From Camelus ferus (lineage: Eukaryota), in NCBI RefSeq assembly GCF_009834535.1, contig NC_045701.1, positions 59,892,001 through 59,956,000 on the forward strand: DNA of 64,000 nucleotides, given 5' to 3'. The notes beneath the pieces are model-generated. The model searched no databases and was not told the origin of the DNA. It was given only the letters and a program-made list of their open reading frames with translations. Numbering within the stretch: the first letter of the stretch is position 1; each line of letters starts with the position of its first letter. This document shows, piece by piece, positions 62,470-64,000 of this stretch. Made by a program: the position numbers and the translations under genes.

Positions 62470-63900
62470 AGAATTACTCCTCGTCCTCGTCCTCGTCGTT
62501 CTGGTCCTGGTAGCGAATGTAGACGACCAGCATGACAAAGCCCATGAGGATGCAGAGGGAGCCGACCACCAGGTAGGCGATGCCCAGGAACGGGTTCTTG
62601 CCGCCCATCCACGAGATGCTGCTGAAGATGATGAGCTTGTGGNNNNNNNNNNNNNNNNNNNNNNNNNNNNNNNNNNNNNNNNNNNNNNNNNNNNNNNNNN
62701 NNNNNNNNNNNNNNNNNNNNNNNNNNNNNNNNNNNNNNNNNNNNNNNNNNNNNNNNNNNNNNNNNNNNNNNNNNNNNNNNNNNNNNNNNNNNNNNNNNNN
62801 NNNNNNNNNNNNNNTGGGATCGGTGCTGAGATCGTAGACCGGCCGGTGCCAGTTGGGCGGGGGCGCTGTGCCCTGGAAGGCCAGCGCCAGGCTGCCATTC
62901 ACCAGCGGCGGATTGCGGAACTTGACGTGGTAGTCGGTCCACCAGGCGATGCCGGTGCGGTCGAGCGGCACCTCGACGTAGGGCCCACCGGCCCGGCGCT
63001 GGTGCCACAGGGAGAAGGAGTCGTTGAAGAGGCTGTTGGCGATGGCGCCGCAGGGCGCGATGGGCAGGCCGGCCGCGCTGAGCTGGTAGGGGGCGCACTC
63101 GTTGGCCGGGTGGCGCAGCGCGCTCGGCAGCCCGCTCAGCTGCTCGTCGTCGCGGGACACGCCGTAGCGCCGGTAGTTCTGGTAGAAGTTGGTCAGCTCG
63201 TAGTACAGATACACGGGGCCCTGGAAGAGCTCGGGCAGCGAAAAGTACCAGGCGCAAGAGCAGCGGGGCGGCGGCGAGCGGCCCTGGCCGGCCGCGGCGC
63301 ACACCGAGCAGTTGCTGGTGCCCAGGTCGCCGGTGTAGTCGTACTCGAGCTCCTTGATGCCGTTGGAGGAGTAGTAGAGGCCCAGCCCCAGGCCGATGAA
63401 GGNNNNNNNNNNNNNNNNNNNNNNNNNNNNNNNNNNNNNNNNNNNNNNNNNNNNNNNNNNNNNNNNNNNNNNNNNNNNNNNNNNNNNNNNNNNNNNNNNN
63501 NNNNNNNNNNNNNNNNNNNNNNNNNNNNNNNNNNNNNNNNNNNNNNNNNNCCACGGAGGGTCGCCGTCACCTCCGCGCCGGGTGAGCCCGGGGCTACTCC
63601 CGGGGCAGGTTTCCGCCGGCTCAGGTGAGTTCGTGCCCCGGCCCCGCCTCCGGCCCCCGCACAGGTGCGTCTCAGTTCCAGGTTCTTCGTGCTGTGACCG
63701 GACCCCTCAGTTCCGCCTCGGCCAAGGTGATGCGGCCGGCTCCGCCCCTGCTGGTAATCCGGAGCCGCGCCCCGCCTCTTCGGAGGTGAGCTGGGCGGGC
63801 TCACCTGGCCGGCTTGGGGCTCACTTTTCCTCTCGATCCAGGTGGGTCCGGACGCCAGCTCCTCCTCCCCGAGGTGAATGGCGGCCCAGGCTGCCTCTGA
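62470..63900. promoter_or_regulatory. CpG island covering the TMEM30B CDS, 5' UTR and promoter, with GC boxes
   Basis: Abrupt switch to very GC/CpG-rich sequence. Sp/KLF-type CCCCGCC/CCGCCC boxes near 63642, 63742, 63770 and 63793. Confidence 0.85.
62474..63535 (-). CDS. TMEM30B: Cell cycle control protein 50B (CDC50B), P4-ATPase flippase beta subunit; single exon, about 353 aa
   Basis: One frame reads [25 protein letters not shown]...[22 protein letters not shown]...[14 protein letters not shown]...[15 protein letters not shown]...[49 protein letters not shown] (stop 62474-62476). These are CDC50/LEM3 family motifs with two TM segments. Start codon masked; 63535 is inferred from the recalled human N-terminus (F at 63400 = residue 46). 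Confidence 0.95.
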   Translation of the reverse strand, partial: XXXXXXXXXXXXXXXXXXXXXXXXXXXXXXXXXXXXXXXXXXXXXFIGLGLGLYYSSNGIKELEYDYTGDLGTSNCSVCAAAGQGRSPPPRCSCAWYFSLPELFQGPVYLYYELTNFYQNYRRYGVSRDDEQLSGLPSALRHPANECAPYQLSAAGLPIAPCGAIANSLFNDSFSLWHQRRAGGPYVEVPLDRTGIAWWTDYHVKFRNPPLVNGSLALAFQGTAPPPNWHRPVYDLSTDPXXXXXXXXXXXXXXXXXXXXXXXXXXXXXXXXXXXXXXXXXXXXXXXXXXXXXXXXXXHKLIIFSSISWMGGKNPFLGIAYLVVGSLCILMGFVMLVVYIRYQDQNDEDEDEE

Positions 63901-64000
63901 GTGGCTCATACCTTGCTCAGGTAACTCCTTCCCTTCCGCCTTCCAAGTGACTATAGTGCCTGGGCCAGTCTTGACCGACATGGTAGGAGCTGCAACCTTC

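Noticed and set aside
62326-63981. Long overlapping ORFs (401, 329, 262, 190, 184 aa) around TMEM30B
   Set aside because: Alternative-frame or antisense shadows in GC-rich, stop-poor DNA, extended by N runs; no recognisable homology.
1-64000. CRISPR arrays, operons, intact transposase/RT genes, rRNA, horizontally acquired or viral inserts
   Set aside because: No spaced repeat arrays, no long intact TE ORFs and no compositional island other than the TMEM30B CpG island were seen.

Overview
Mammalian genomic DNA, almost certainly camelid, because it carries four copies of the tRNA-Ala-derived Vic-1 SINE. The only protein-coding gene I can support is the intronless P4-ATPase beta-subunit gene TMEM30B (CDC50B), on the minus strand at the far right (CDS about 62474-63535; start codon hidden in an N run), inside a CpG island. 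By recalled human synteny (14q23.1) the rest lies between SLC38A6 and TMEM30B/PRKCH. It is non-coding and dense in decayed MIR, L2, L1, ERVL/MLT2 LTR and hAT MITE remnants, plus microsatellites. Repeat family names are from memory of consensus sequences, not from a search, and repeat boundaries are approximate unless a TSD is given. The other ORFs in the track look like chance ORFs, N-run artefacts or GC-rich shadows of TMEM30B. I found no evidence I can defend for a novel biological system. Best leads: (1) the N runs are not random gaps, because one inside TMEM30B is exactly the expected length and both cover conserved parts of the protein, so the non-coding N runs (especially 42992-43706) may hide conserved elements; (2) paired ZEB/Snail-type E-boxes that double as plus-strand splice donors in the TMEM30B promoter; (3) an apparent substitution in the conserved CDC50 FYQN(H/N)RRY motif; (4) an ERV-L gag fossil; (5) several candidate orphan promoters or enhancers.
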